Assembly: GCA_026014725.1 (NCBI GenBank)
Contig: JAOZHV010000044.1
Span: forward strand, 28,272 to 92,271
Length of the DNA: 64,000 nt
Reading direction: 5' to 3'
From: Candidatus Bathyarchaeota archaeon
Lineage (GTDB): Archaea; Thermoproteota; Bathyarchaeia; Bathyarchaeales; Bathycorpusculaceae
A program made the translations under genes and the position numbers. Positions 35,219 to 43,947 of the stretch are shown here, piece by piece; position 1 is the first letter of the stretch; the number at the start of each line of letters is the position of its first letter. The notes below the pieces were generated by a model. That model saw only the letters and a list, made by a program, of their open reading frames with translations. It was not told the DNA's origin and ran no database searches.

Positions 35219-35480
35219 CCCCAACTTCATTTTTACCCAATTTTTATCGTCTTACAGCTTATATTTAAGCAACATGGATAGGTCAACACGCAGTTTGGCG
35301 CAATATGTTTGTCATAATTGTTTTTTTCGTGACAAAAACACGTAGCTGAACGATTGCAGTTGAAGGTTTTTAGTTAACTAATGCATGTTTAACGTTGAAA
35401 ACACTTGTTTGTTCTTGGTTTTTTGGCAATGAAAGTTTTTGTGTAATACATGCAGTATAAGCGGTAAGGATGAATATTTG

Positions 35481-35822
35481 ATGAAGGTTGAGGAAGCTAA
35501 AGTTCAAGCTAAAAGTCTGCATGAACTTGGTGATTGCAGTAAAGATTTTGGTTGCTCAATAAAAAATACTGCTCAGAGCGCAGGTTCAGCTAGAAAGCTG
35601 TGGCGCGAAGGCAACAAATCTAATCTCATCAAGCTTGGCGCAGCCATTTTCGTTTTCCCAGAACCAACACCCGTATGCGAAATCATAGGTGCAGGCGTCA
35701 TGGCTGCTGGGGTCATACAACAAGGCATAAAAAACCACGGAATATACGCTGAAGACATCACCAAAACGCTCAAAAGAACTATGCGGGAACTGCAAGAAAC
35801 AAAAAACTGCTTCAAACCATAA
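35481..35822 (+). CDS. hypothetical protein with one hydrophobic segment
   Basis: ORF only. ATG at 35481 preferred over the TTG at 35439. Confidence 0.35.
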   Translation: MKVEEAKVQAKSLHELGDCSKDFGCSIKNTAQSAGSARKLWREGNKSNLIKLGAAIFVFPEPTPVCEIIGAGVMAAGVIQQGIKNHGIYAEDITKTLKRTMRELQETKNCFKP

Positions 35823-35884
35823 CAAAAAACGCAGTCATCCTCACCCAACATAACTTCTCATTCAAGACGCTTATGAGCAATAAT

Positions 35885-35933
35885 GAGAAATTTTGTTGCT
35901 CTGCCTTAGAGCCCATCCCCCTATTAAAGGACG
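35885..35933 (-). repeat. dispersed intergenic repeat, family A copy (reverse orientation)
   Basis: gagaaattttgttgctctgccttagagcccatccccctattaaaggacg is the reverse complement of the A-family core. Confidence 0.65.
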
Positions 35934-36172
35934 TAAATCCCTTTTTCTATATTGTTGCCTTGCTACGTATATAGGGTTCTGGGTTCAATTTACTACGTAC
36001 ATTCTAGCATTCCAATCTGCTTGTATTGTACGTAGTAAAGCCTTCGATGTACGTGGTGAAAAAGAGCAGAAAAATGAGCTAACGCATGCACAAGTTGGCA
36101 ATCCGCGAAAGCAACAGATAAAGCGATATAAGGACAAAAACAAATAATGACAGCACCAGAAGGGAGCCGCAA

Positions 36173-37231
36173 ATGGGTAGCGTAAAAGACTTAGAAGTAA
36201 TCCAGAAACCAACCCAAACCACCATGGGTATTGGCAGATTCCACTTTTCTGACCGCTACAGCGTTTTTGACTGGGGTGAAATGCCTGACCACATTGACGC
36301 TAAAGGCGCGGCACTGTGTCTTATGGGTGCTTACTGCTTTGAACAACTAGAGCAGTTAGGAGTTAGAACTCACTATAGAGGCTTAGTGGACTCAAACGGA
36401 AAAGCGGTTAGAGTTGCAGAACTAAAGCAGCCCTCCAGCATCATGGAAGTGGCTCTGGTTAACGTTTACAAACCAAAAACAAGCGTGGTCAATAGCAAAA
36501 TAATCTACGACTACAGTGCATACACACCTGCCCTCAAAAATTGTCTCATTCCACTTGAAATCATCTACCGCAACGGTTTGCCCGAAGGCTCCTCAGTCTT
36601 TAAACGGCTACAACAAGGCAAAGTGACCCTGAAAGACCTTGGTTTAGACCACCAGCCAAAGCCAGGCGAACAGTTAGCCAAACCTATATTTGATGTTAGC
36701 ACAAAGCTTGAGGAAACTGACCGCTATGTTACTTGGGCGGAAGCGCAGAGAATCGCTGGTTTATCAGAACAAGAATTGTCTGATATTAAGGCTGTGTTGT
36801 TAAAAGCTGATGAAACCATAACTGAGGTTGCCTCGAAAGCTGGCTTAAAAAATGAGGATGGCAAAATAGAGTTAGCCTTTGACGAGCAAAGGAGACTCAT
36901 GGTCGTGGATGTGGTGGGAACGCTTGACGAGTGCAGGTTCACATACGAGGGTGTGCATGTCAGCAAAGAAGTTGCAAGGCAGTTTTACAAGAAAACAAGC
37001 TGGTATGACCACGTTGAGCAAGCCAAGAAAGAGGCGGAATCCCAAGGTATTCAGGACTGGAAAGCACTCTCCAAATCACAGCCTCCAAAACTTGACCCTA
37101 AACTTAAAAGAATAATCAGCCAAATGTACATGGCAACCGCAAACGAAATGGCAAGCAAGCGCATGTTTGACTCACCCAAGCTTGCTACTGTTGTTAAAGA
37201 ATATACGCAATATATGAGTGAATCGGCATGA
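36173..37231 (+). CDS. purC: phosphoribosylaminoimidazole-succinocarboxamide (SAICAR) synthase, long form
   Basis: GSVKDLEV...GRFHFSDRYSVFDWGEMPD matches the SAICAR synthetase N-terminal motifs. Confidence 0.88.
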   Translation: MGSVKDLEVIQKPTQTTMGIGRFHFSDRYSVFDWGEMPDHIDAKGAALCLMGAYCFEQLEQLGVRTHYRGLVDSNGKAVRVAELKQPSSIMEVALVNVYKPKTSVVNSKIIYDYSAYTPALKNCLIPLEIIYRNGLPEGSSVFKRLQQGKVTLKDLGLDHQPKPGEQLAKPIFDVSTKLEETDRYVTWAEAQRIAGLSEQELSDIKAVLLKADETITEVASKAGLKNEDGKIELAFDEQRRLMVVDVVGTLDECRFTYEGVHVSKEVARQFYKKTSWYDHVEQAKKEAESQGIQDWKALSKSQPPKLDPKLKRIISQMYMATANEMASKRMFDSPKLATVVKEYTQYMSESA

Positions 37232-38325
37232 TGAACGATAAAATAAAACAAGTAATCAGCAACTACGACCAAAAGAACATCCGAATAGGCGTCTTAGGCA
37301 GTCACAGTGCTTTGGAAATTGCTTCAGGCGCCAAACAGGAAGGCTTAGAAACCGTAGTTGTATGCCAAAGGGGCAGAGACAAAACCTACACAAAATACTA
37401 CAAAAGTGTCTTTGACCACGTTTTAATGCTCGACAAGTTCTCTCAGATAACAAACCAAGAAAACGTCAAAAAACTCACCGACTTAAACACTGTTTTTGTT
37501 CCTAACCGTTCCTTCTCCGTTTACGCTGGCTACGAAGCCATAGAACAACAATTCGCCGTGCCCATTCTTGGCAACCGCGCCATGCTACGCACAGAAGAGC
37601 GCAACACGCCAAGAAACCAACTGTACCTACTCCAGAAAGCTGGCATCGCAACGCCTAAAACTTTCAAGTCCGCCCAAGATATCGACCGCTTAACTATAGT
37701 GAAAGTTGCAGAGAAAGAACGTGCCATAGAACGCGCCTTCTTTTATCCCTCAAACCCCAGCGAATTCAACAAGATGGCTAGCGAGCGTATTGCAAAGGGC
37801 ATAATAACCCAAGAAGCCCTCGACCAAGCCCTAATAGAAGAGTATGTTATTGGCGCAAAGTTTAATGCTAACCTCTTCTGGTCACCTCTCACAGACGAAA
37901 TCGACCTGCTCGGTTTTGACAGGCGAATCCAAACTGACCTTGACGGCGTCTTAGATTTGCCCGCGCAAGAGCAATTAGAACTGAAAATCGCCTCACAAAA
38001 TATTGAAATCGGGCACATGGGCGCCACAATGCGGGAGAGCCAAATCGAAAAAATCTTTGATGCAGCAGAAAAATTTGTTGCTACATGCAAAAAAGAGTAT
38101 CCGCCTGGGATGATTGGTTTGTTCGCGTTGCAGGGAGCAGTAACGAAAGATTTGGAATTCTACGTGTTTGATGTTAGCCCGCGTGTGCCAGGGTGCCCTT
38201 GCGTTGAGCCCACTTCACCCTACATGAAATACAAGTACGGCTTCGAAGTAGGTCCAGGCAGACGAGTCGCCATGGAGATTAAGCGCGCGGTTGCGGAAGG
38301 TAGACTTGCAGAAGTGGTCACATGA
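37228..38325 (+). CDS. purP: 5-formaminoimidazole-4-carboxamide ribonucleotide (FAICAR) synthetase PurP
   Basis: IRIGVLGSHSALEIASGAKQEGLETVVVC plus ATP-grasp-like length of about 360 aa, the archaeal PurP pattern. ATGA overlap with purC. Confidence 0.85.
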   Translation: MMNDKIKQVISNYDQKNIRIGVLGSHSALEIASGAKQEGLETVVVCQRGRDKTYTKYYKSVFDHVLMLDKFSQITNQENVKKLTDLNTVFVPNRSFSVYAGYEAIEQQFAVPILGNRAMLRTEERNTPRNQLYLLQKAGIATPKTFKSAQDIDRLTIVKVAEKERAIERAFFYPSNPSEFNKMASERIAKGIITQEALDQALIEEYVIGAKFNANLFWSPLTDEIDLLGFDRRIQTDLDGVLDLPAQEQLELKIASQNIEIGHMGATMRESQIEKIFDAAEKFVATCKKEYPPGMIGLFALQGAVTKDLEFYVFDVSPRVPGCPCVEPTSPYMKYKYGFEVGPGRRVAMEIKRAVAEGRLAEVVT

Positions 38326-39407
38326 TTGAAAGCCAAGACATTGCCAAAATCTTAGAGAAATATGACACAAGTAAGTTGGCAGTTGGCACTTTAGGCTCGC
38401 ACAGTTCGCTAAACATTTTCAAAGGCGCCAAAGAAGAGGGCTTTCGCACCGTTTGTATCTGTAAAGAAAAAGACGTCATCATGTACCAAAAGTACCCACT
38501 CGTTGACGAGTTAATCATTGTTAAAGACTTCACGGAGCTTCTCAACGAGCAGTTGCAGGAGAGACTACGCAAACTAAACGTTGTCCTCATTCCACACGGC
38601 TCATTCACCGCCTACCTTAGCACAAAAGAGTTAACTGACAGCCTCTTTGTGCCAATGATGGGCAACCGCAAACTGCTCCACTGGGAAGCCAACCGCAAAA
38701 GCCAAGAAGAATGGCTAAGACAAGCAGGACTCCGACTGCCAGCCACCTTCAAGTCACCAGACGACATCGACAGACTAATTATCGCTAAACTGCAGGGTGC
38801 AAAAGGCGGCAGAGGCTACTTCCTTGCCAACTCGCCGAAGGGCTTCTACAAGAAAGCCAACGAAATGATAAAACGCGGCTTGCTCACCAAACAGGACATT
38901 GATAAAGTGCACCTGCAAGAATACGCGCTTGGCGTGAACGTTTACCCAAGCTACTTCAGCTCAACCATAAACGACGATGTAGAGCTACTGGCAATGGACA
39001 GACGATACGAATCAGCCGTGGACTCAATCGGCAAAATTCCAGCAAGCGAGCAACTCGAAATCGACATTATCCCTACGTACACTGTGGTAGGCAACTTCCC
39101 AATTGTGCTTCGAGAATCCCTGTTGCCCGAGATGATGCGCATGGGTGACAACGTCCAAAAGAAAGCCAAAGAACTCGCTCCCCCAGGCATCATCGGACCA
39201 TTCTGTCTCGAAACCGTAATAACAGACGACCTGAGAATCTTTACGTTTGAAATTTCTGCACGAATCGTTGCAGGCACGAACGTTGGAATCGGCACGTCAC
39301 CTTATGCTTACTTGCGGTACGGCGAGAACATGTACATGGGCAGACGCATAGCAGTGGAAATTAAGCATGCAATTAAGCAGAAAAGGCTACATGATGTTGT
39401 AGCTTAA
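38322..39407 (+). CDS. PurP paralogue (FAICAR synthetase family)
   Basis: LAVGTLGSHSSLNIFKGAKEEGFRTVCIC. Colinear with the upstream PurP, with an ATGA overlap. Confidence 0.85.
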   Translation: MIESQDIAKILEKYDTSKLAVGTLGSHSSLNIFKGAKEEGFRTVCICKEKDVIMYQKYPLVDELIIVKDFTELLNEQLQERLRKLNVVLIPHGSFTAYLSTKELTDSLFVPMMGNRKLLHWEANRKSQEEWLRQAGLRLPATFKSPDDIDRLIIAKLQGAKGGRGYFLANSPKGFYKKANEMIKRGLLTKQDIDKVHLQEYALGVNVYPSYFSSTINDDVELLAMDRRYESAVDSIGKIPASEQLEIDIIPTYTVVGNFPIVLRESLLPEMMRMGDNVQKKAKELAPPGIIGPFCLETVITDDLRIFTFEISARIVAGTNVGIGTSPYAYLRYGENMYMGRRIAVEIKHAIKQKRLHDVVA

Positions 39408-39427
39408 AAACATTTTTTATACAGTTT

Positions 39428-39973
39428 TTATAATGCAGATATGTCAGTGATTTCTACTGCGGTTATTTTGCCTTTTTTGTCATAGTGAATTATTGCTTTT
39501 CCGTCTTCTGTAGGTTCTCCTTCGGTTACTTCAGTAGTTTTGAATCGTATGTAGAGGTCACCAACATTCTCATCGAAGTCTAGCGTTATCACTCTTCTAG
39601 GTAACTTTACGTTGTATTTTGCTTCCATACGCTCCAGTACTTCTCGCGCATCGATTTCTAGGAGAGTTTTAATTTTCTGAATGTTCTGTACCTCCTTGTT
39701 TTTCTTGTGGTACTTGTATAGTATGCGGTTCTTATAGCCTTCATCTTCTATACTGTAAATGACTACAAGAAAATCCGAAACATCACCCACTCGCCTTAGA
39801 GCATGAAAGGCACCAGTTGGGTCAACATACACCTCGTCAGGGTGAGCAACAGTATCCAAAATTAACGCAACAGCGTTTTTAAGCTCTGGATGCCTCAGAA
39901 CAATGTGTCGCCACCGCTTCTGTCTTAATGCAACATTTGTTCCATCGAAAGCAACAGTACTCATGAAAAGCAT
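39428..39973 (-). CDS. two-part protein: N-terminal toxin-like module (W-R-H-I..RHPE motif) fused to a C-terminal DUF2283-like module
   Basis: N-part: RQKRWRHIVLRHPELKNAVALILDTVAHPDEVYVD. C-part: VITLDFDENVGDLYIRFKT...AIIHYDKKGKITAVEITDIS, the DUF2283 pattern by recollection. Confidence 0.5.
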   Translation of the reverse strand: MLFMSTVAFDGTNVALRQKRWRHIVLRHPELKNAVALILDTVAHPDEVYVDPTGAFHALRRVGDVSDFLVVIYSIEDEGYKNRILYKYHKKNKEVQNIQKIKTLLEIDAREVLERMEAKYNVKLPRRVITLDFDENVGDLYIRFKTTEVTEGEPTEDGKAIIHYDKKGKITAVEITDISAL

Positions 39974-40009
39974 CTTTAAATGTCTAGATATTTAAGCTAA
40001 ACCAAGAAA

Positions 40010-40768
40010 TCAAGCGTAAAACTGAAGCAGAGCCTCAAAGTTGCTTCGGGTTCTATTTTTCTTGTAATTTTTCAATGCATTCACTAACTCTTGTTTGTTT
40101 CTCACTCCAAGGATTTGAGCTATAGATTTAGCCGTATTGCTGTTGCCTTGGAAGAGGAACTGGCAAACGGATGTAACGTTTGATGCGTTGCGTTGTGTGC
40201 TGGCGGTTTCAAAATCCACAATAAACGGCTTACCTGACTTGTCTACGAGAAGGTGCTTGGGCGCTTTGCTGAGTTCGCCGTGGTCTAAGCCTGCTTCGTC
40301 TAAGCGCCAGCACTGCTCAAGGATGTCAACTAAAACCCTGCGCACGGCCCCTGAGGTTTTGTGTTTTCCCAGCCAATCCCCAAGTAAGTCACCATCAACA
40401 AGCTGTGACAAAAGAAAATTATCGCTGACAGCAACAAATTGTGGACCAACCCCGACCGCGTTGGCTCTTTGCAGCATTTCTGCTTCGTGCTTAAGGTTAA
40501 CTCTGTCGGCGTCTACCCTGCGTATCTTCAATGCGAACCTTTCACTACGTACATGCGCTACTACGACTATGCCGACATAGCCTTTACCAAGCACGGGAAC
40601 GTTGAAAGCTGAGGTTTTACCAGAGAATTCTAAAGTTTCTATGCCCAGTGCACGCAGTTCACTGACGCGATTCTGTATCTCCGTTGCTGTTGTCCTTGGG
40701 TAACACAAGATAGATGCATAAGGCTCGCTGTCTAGCTGTTCAAGTGGTATTGTCGTGGGAATTTTCAC
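40010..40768 (-). CDS. RIO-like atypical Ser/Thr protein kinase (COG2112-type)
   Basis: LGKGYVGIVVVA...FALKIRR (Gly-loop plus Lys), HGELSKAPKHLLV (catalytic loop) and IVDFETAS (DFG-like). Confidence 0.7.
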   Translation of the reverse strand: MKIPTTIPLEQLDSEPYASILCYPRTTATEIQNRVSELRALGIETLEFSGKTSAFNVPVLGKGYVGIVVVAHVRSERFALKIRRVDADRVNLKHEAEMLQRANAVGVGPQFVAVSDNFLLSQLVDGDLLGDWLGKHKTSGAVRRVLVDILEQCWRLDEAGLDHGELSKAPKHLLVDKSGKPFIVDFETASTQRNASNVTSVCQFLFQGNSNTAKSIAQILGVRNKQELVNALKNYKKNRTRSNFEALLQFYA

Positions 40769-40847
40769 TTATTTAGCCTCAGCAAGTCTTTTAGGTTTAA
40801 TAGAAACCTTTAGTTCAAACATAAACCTATCCTAAAAGGGTCAAGCA

Positions 40848-42962
40848 ATGCCAAGATTCAAACAGACAACACAAATTCACCAGCTCATGAGCCAAAAAGA
40901 GTTAATCCGAAACCTAGGCATAATAGCGCACATTGACCACGGAAAAACCACGCTTGCCGACTCGTTGCTGGCTGGCGCAGGCATGCTGTCGCCTCAAATG
41001 GCAGGCTCCGCAAGAGTATTAGACTACCTCTCAGAAGAGCAGAAGCGGAAAATCACAATCAAAACAGCCAACATGTCCCTACTCTACAAAACCCAAAACG
41101 GCAACTACATAATAAACCTCGTTGACACGCCGGGGCACGTGGACTTCACAGGCAAAGTCACAAGAGCACTCCGCGTGATCGATGGCGCAGTGGTCGTAGT
41201 AGATGCTGTGGAGGAAATTATGGCTCAAACCGAAATCCTAGTCAAGCAAGCTCTCGAGGAACGTGTGCGCCCAGTGCTTTTCATAAACAAAGTTGACCGC
41301 CTAATCACCGAACTGCAGCTAAGCGAGGCGCAAATCCAAAACAAACTAGACCACATAATCAGCCGCTTCAACGACCTAATAGAACTCTACGCTGAGGAAC
41401 AATTCAAAGCCCGGTGGAAAATCAGTGCTTCTTTGGGCAATGTGGCTTTCGGCGCGGCCTTGCACGGCTGGGGCTTCACGCTTGGCATGGCGAAAAAGCA
41501 AGGCATAAAGTTTTCAGACATCATAAAAGCGTACGCTGCCAAGAAGCAGGAAAAGTTGCAGAAGCCTTTGCCTGTTTACAAAGCAATATTTGAAATGGCA
41601 ATCAAGCACCTTCCAAATCCCCAGCAAGCGCAGGGTTACCGAATTGAGAAGATTTGGGGTGGAAGCGTTGGTTCCAATGTTGGTAAGGCTCTGGTTGAAT
41701 GCAGAGATGACGCGCCTAAAGTGTTGTTTGTGACCTGCGTACGTACCGACTTAAACGGTGACACCATAGCCACAGGGCGAGTCTTCTCAGGCACCATAAA
41801 AGAAGGCGACAAACTACACCTCATGAACGCTGCCGCTGAAACTGAAGTTATAGATGTTGCTCTTGAGATGGGCTTGTTTAGGGAAGACGTCAGCGATGTT
41901 TCGGCTGGCAACTTGGCATCCGCAACTTTGGCTGGAACCGTTAAGGTAGGCGAGACGCTTGTTGATTTGGAGCACCAAGAGAAGATGGTGCCTTTTGAGG
42001 GTATCCGTTATGTTTCTGAGCCTGTGGTGACTGTGGCTGTTGAGCCAAAAAACCCCAAAGACATTCCCGCCTTACTAAAGGGGCTTGAGAGGCTTGCAGG
42101 CGAAGACCCAAACCTCAAGCTGACTATTGATAAGGAAACTGGCGAATACCTCTTGAGCGGCATGGGCGAGTTGCACTTAGAGATAGCCGTCAACGAACTC
42201 AAACGCGAACGCAATGTTGAGGTTGCGATTTCTTCGCCAAGAGTTCTCTACATGGAAAGCATACAGAAAAGCGGCATAGTAGCCTTGGCGAAAAGCCCAA
42301 ACAAGCAGAACAGTTTCTGGGTGCAAGTGGAACCTAACGCAGAGAAACCAGCAAAAGCCGAAAAGGGCAAAACTCTCAGGGTTGACGAGCACCACAACAC
42401 ACTTGTGGATTGTAACGGAAAAGCGAGGTCGGTTTCCGCGGAAGTTTTAGATGCAATCTTGAGCGGGTTTGAGTTTGCTTGCAAAGCAGGACCCTTATGC
42501 AGTGAGCCAGTGCAGCGGGTGCGGGTGAACTTGGTTGATTTCCAACTTGGCAATGAGGTTGACGGTTCAGAGGTCATGCGTGGAATCGGCAAAGCAGTCT
42601 TTGGCAGTTTTCTAACAGCTGAGCCCGTCTTGCTTGAACCCATCTACAAAATAATCGTTACCGTTGCCTCAGAGCTTGCAAGCGAATCCACACGGATACT
42701 GACCACAAGGCGGGGCAAAGTTACCTCATATGAACAGAAAGGGCTTCTTACCTGCATCAGCGGCAGCATCCCGGTTTCAGAAACCTTTGGCTTCGCTAAG
42801 GAAATTCGCTCAGCAACTTCGGGAAAGGCAATCTGGCAAACATTCTTTGATCACTGGGAAAAAATACCTAAAAAACTAGAAACGCAAACAATCAGTGAGT
42901 TGCGTCAGCGGAAAGGGCTTGCGTCAGAGGTGCCTAAGCCAGACAGGTTTCTGGAGCAATAG
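40848..42962 (+). CDS. elongation factor 2-family GTPase; a paralogue lacking the diphthamide-site histidine
   Basis: G1 AHIDHGKTTLADSLL, G3 DTPGHVDF and G4 NKVDR are intact. The domain IV loop reads LVDFQLGNEVDGSEVMRGIGKAVFGSFL where aEF-2 has H-x-D-x-x-H-R-G. Confidence 0.85.
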   Translation: MPRFKQTTQIHQLMSQKELIRNLGIIAHIDHGKTTLADSLLAGAGMLSPQMAGSARVLDYLSEEQKRKITIKTANMSLLYKTQNGNYIINLVDTPGHVDFTGKVTRALRVIDGAVVVVDAVEEIMAQTEILVKQALEERVRPVLFINKVDRLITELQLSEAQIQNKLDHIISRFNDLIELYAEEQFKARWKISASLGNVAFGAALHGWGFTLGMAKKQGIKFSDIIKAYAAKKQEKLQKPLPVYKAIFEMAIKHLPNPQQAQGYRIEKIWGGSVGSNVGKALVECRDDAPKVLFVTCVRTDLNGDTIATGRVFSGTIKEGDKLHLMNAAAETEVIDVALEMGLFREDVSDVSAGNLASATLAGTVKVGETLVDLEHQEKMVPFEGIRYVSEPVVTVAVEPKNPKDIPALLKGLERLAGEDPNLKLTIDKETGEYLLSGMGELHLEIAVNELKRERNVEVAISSPRVLYMESIQKSGIVALAKSPNKQNSFWVQVEPNAEKPAKAEKGKTLRVDEHHNTLVDCNGKARSVSAEVLDAILSGFEFACKAGPLCSEPVQRVRVNLVDFQLGNEVDGSEVMRGIGKAVFGSFLTAEPVLLEPIYKIIVTVASELASESTRILTTRRGKVTSYEQKGLLTCISGSIPVSETFGFAKEIRSATSGKAIWQTFFDHWEKIPKKLETQTISELRQRKGLASEVPKPDRFLEQ

Positions 42963-42966
42963 TGCC

Positions 42967-43827
42967 ATGCGGCTTGAAGTTGCATTTGACTTGGATTTTT
43001 CGCTGTGTTGTGGGCAAGTGTTTAGGTGGCGCAAGGTTGGCGAGTGGTGGTATGGCGTTGTCGGCGAACGTGTCTTTAAGGTTCGGCAGAACGGTGCTGA
43101 ATTGGATTTTGAGAATGTTGACGAGCACTTTGTGCGGTTCTATTTCGGTTTGGACGATGATTTAGCGCAAATCAGCACGTGCATCGCAAAAGACGACACC
43201 ATCCGACTGGCGTTGCGCAAGTTTGAGGGTTTGCGGATTGTTCGCCAAGACCCTTGGGAATGCCTAATCAGCTTTATCTGCGCCACTTACAAGAGCATAG
43301 CCGCCATCGAACTGATGCTGCAAAAGCTTTCGGTAAAGTTTGGCGAAAAACGGGTGTTTGCCGGGTTGGAATTTTACACTTTTCCCTCAGTGGAGCGCTT
43401 GGCGTTTGCGAGTGAGCGTGGAATGCGTGAGTGTGGTTTAGGTTACAGGGCAAAGTACGTGCAGGCAACAGCCAAAAAGATACATGAAGAGAAAATAAAT
43501 CTGGAAAGCTTAAAGTCCCTGCCCTATATGGAAGCCAGGAAAACGCTTCTCGGGTTCGCTGGGGTCGGCTTGAAAGTGGCGGATTGCGTGTTGCTGTTTT
43601 CGCTTGAGAAGTTGGAGGCTTTCCCAGTGGATGTGTGGGTTAAACGGGTAATTTTGAACCATTACTGCGACCATTTCCCGGAGGCGCTGGTTAAGAGAAT
43701 GGGAAGCCACGACTCCTTAACGAACAGTGAGTACGAGAAAATCGGTGCTTTCGCAAGAAGCTACTTTGGGCGTTACGCTGGGTACGCCCAAGAATACCTC
43801 TACCATTACGAGAGAACGCAACGTTAA
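42967..43827 (+). CDS. ogg: 8-oxoguanine DNA glycosylase/AP lyase (Ogg, HhH-GPD superfamily)
   Basis: N-terminal DLDFSLCCGQVFRWRK (OGG_N-like). HhH-GPD GVGLKVADCVLLFSL with Lys, and the downstream FPVDVWVKR Asp. ATG at 42967. Confidence 0.85.
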   Translation: MRLEVAFDLDFSLCCGQVFRWRKVGEWWYGVVGERVFKVRQNGAELDFENVDEHFVRFYFGLDDDLAQISTCIAKDDTIRLALRKFEGLRIVRQDPWECLISFICATYKSIAAIELMLQKLSVKFGEKRVFAGLEFYTFPSVERLAFASERGMRECGLGYRAKYVQATAKKIHEEKINLESLKSLPYMEARKTLLGFAGVGLKVADCVLLFSLEKLEAFPVDVWVKRVILNHYCDHFPEALVKRMGSHDSLTNSEYEKIGAFARSYFGRYAGYAQEYLYHYERTQR

Positions 43828-43947
43828 AATCCTTTCAAACAGCAATCGCCTAACTGCCATTTTGGTTATTGCAAATGCAATTTAGGTCTTTTTTAGGCTT
43901 TTTCGTTGTTTTCTAGGCTCTAAGTCACATTTTCCTTGGTATTCTGC

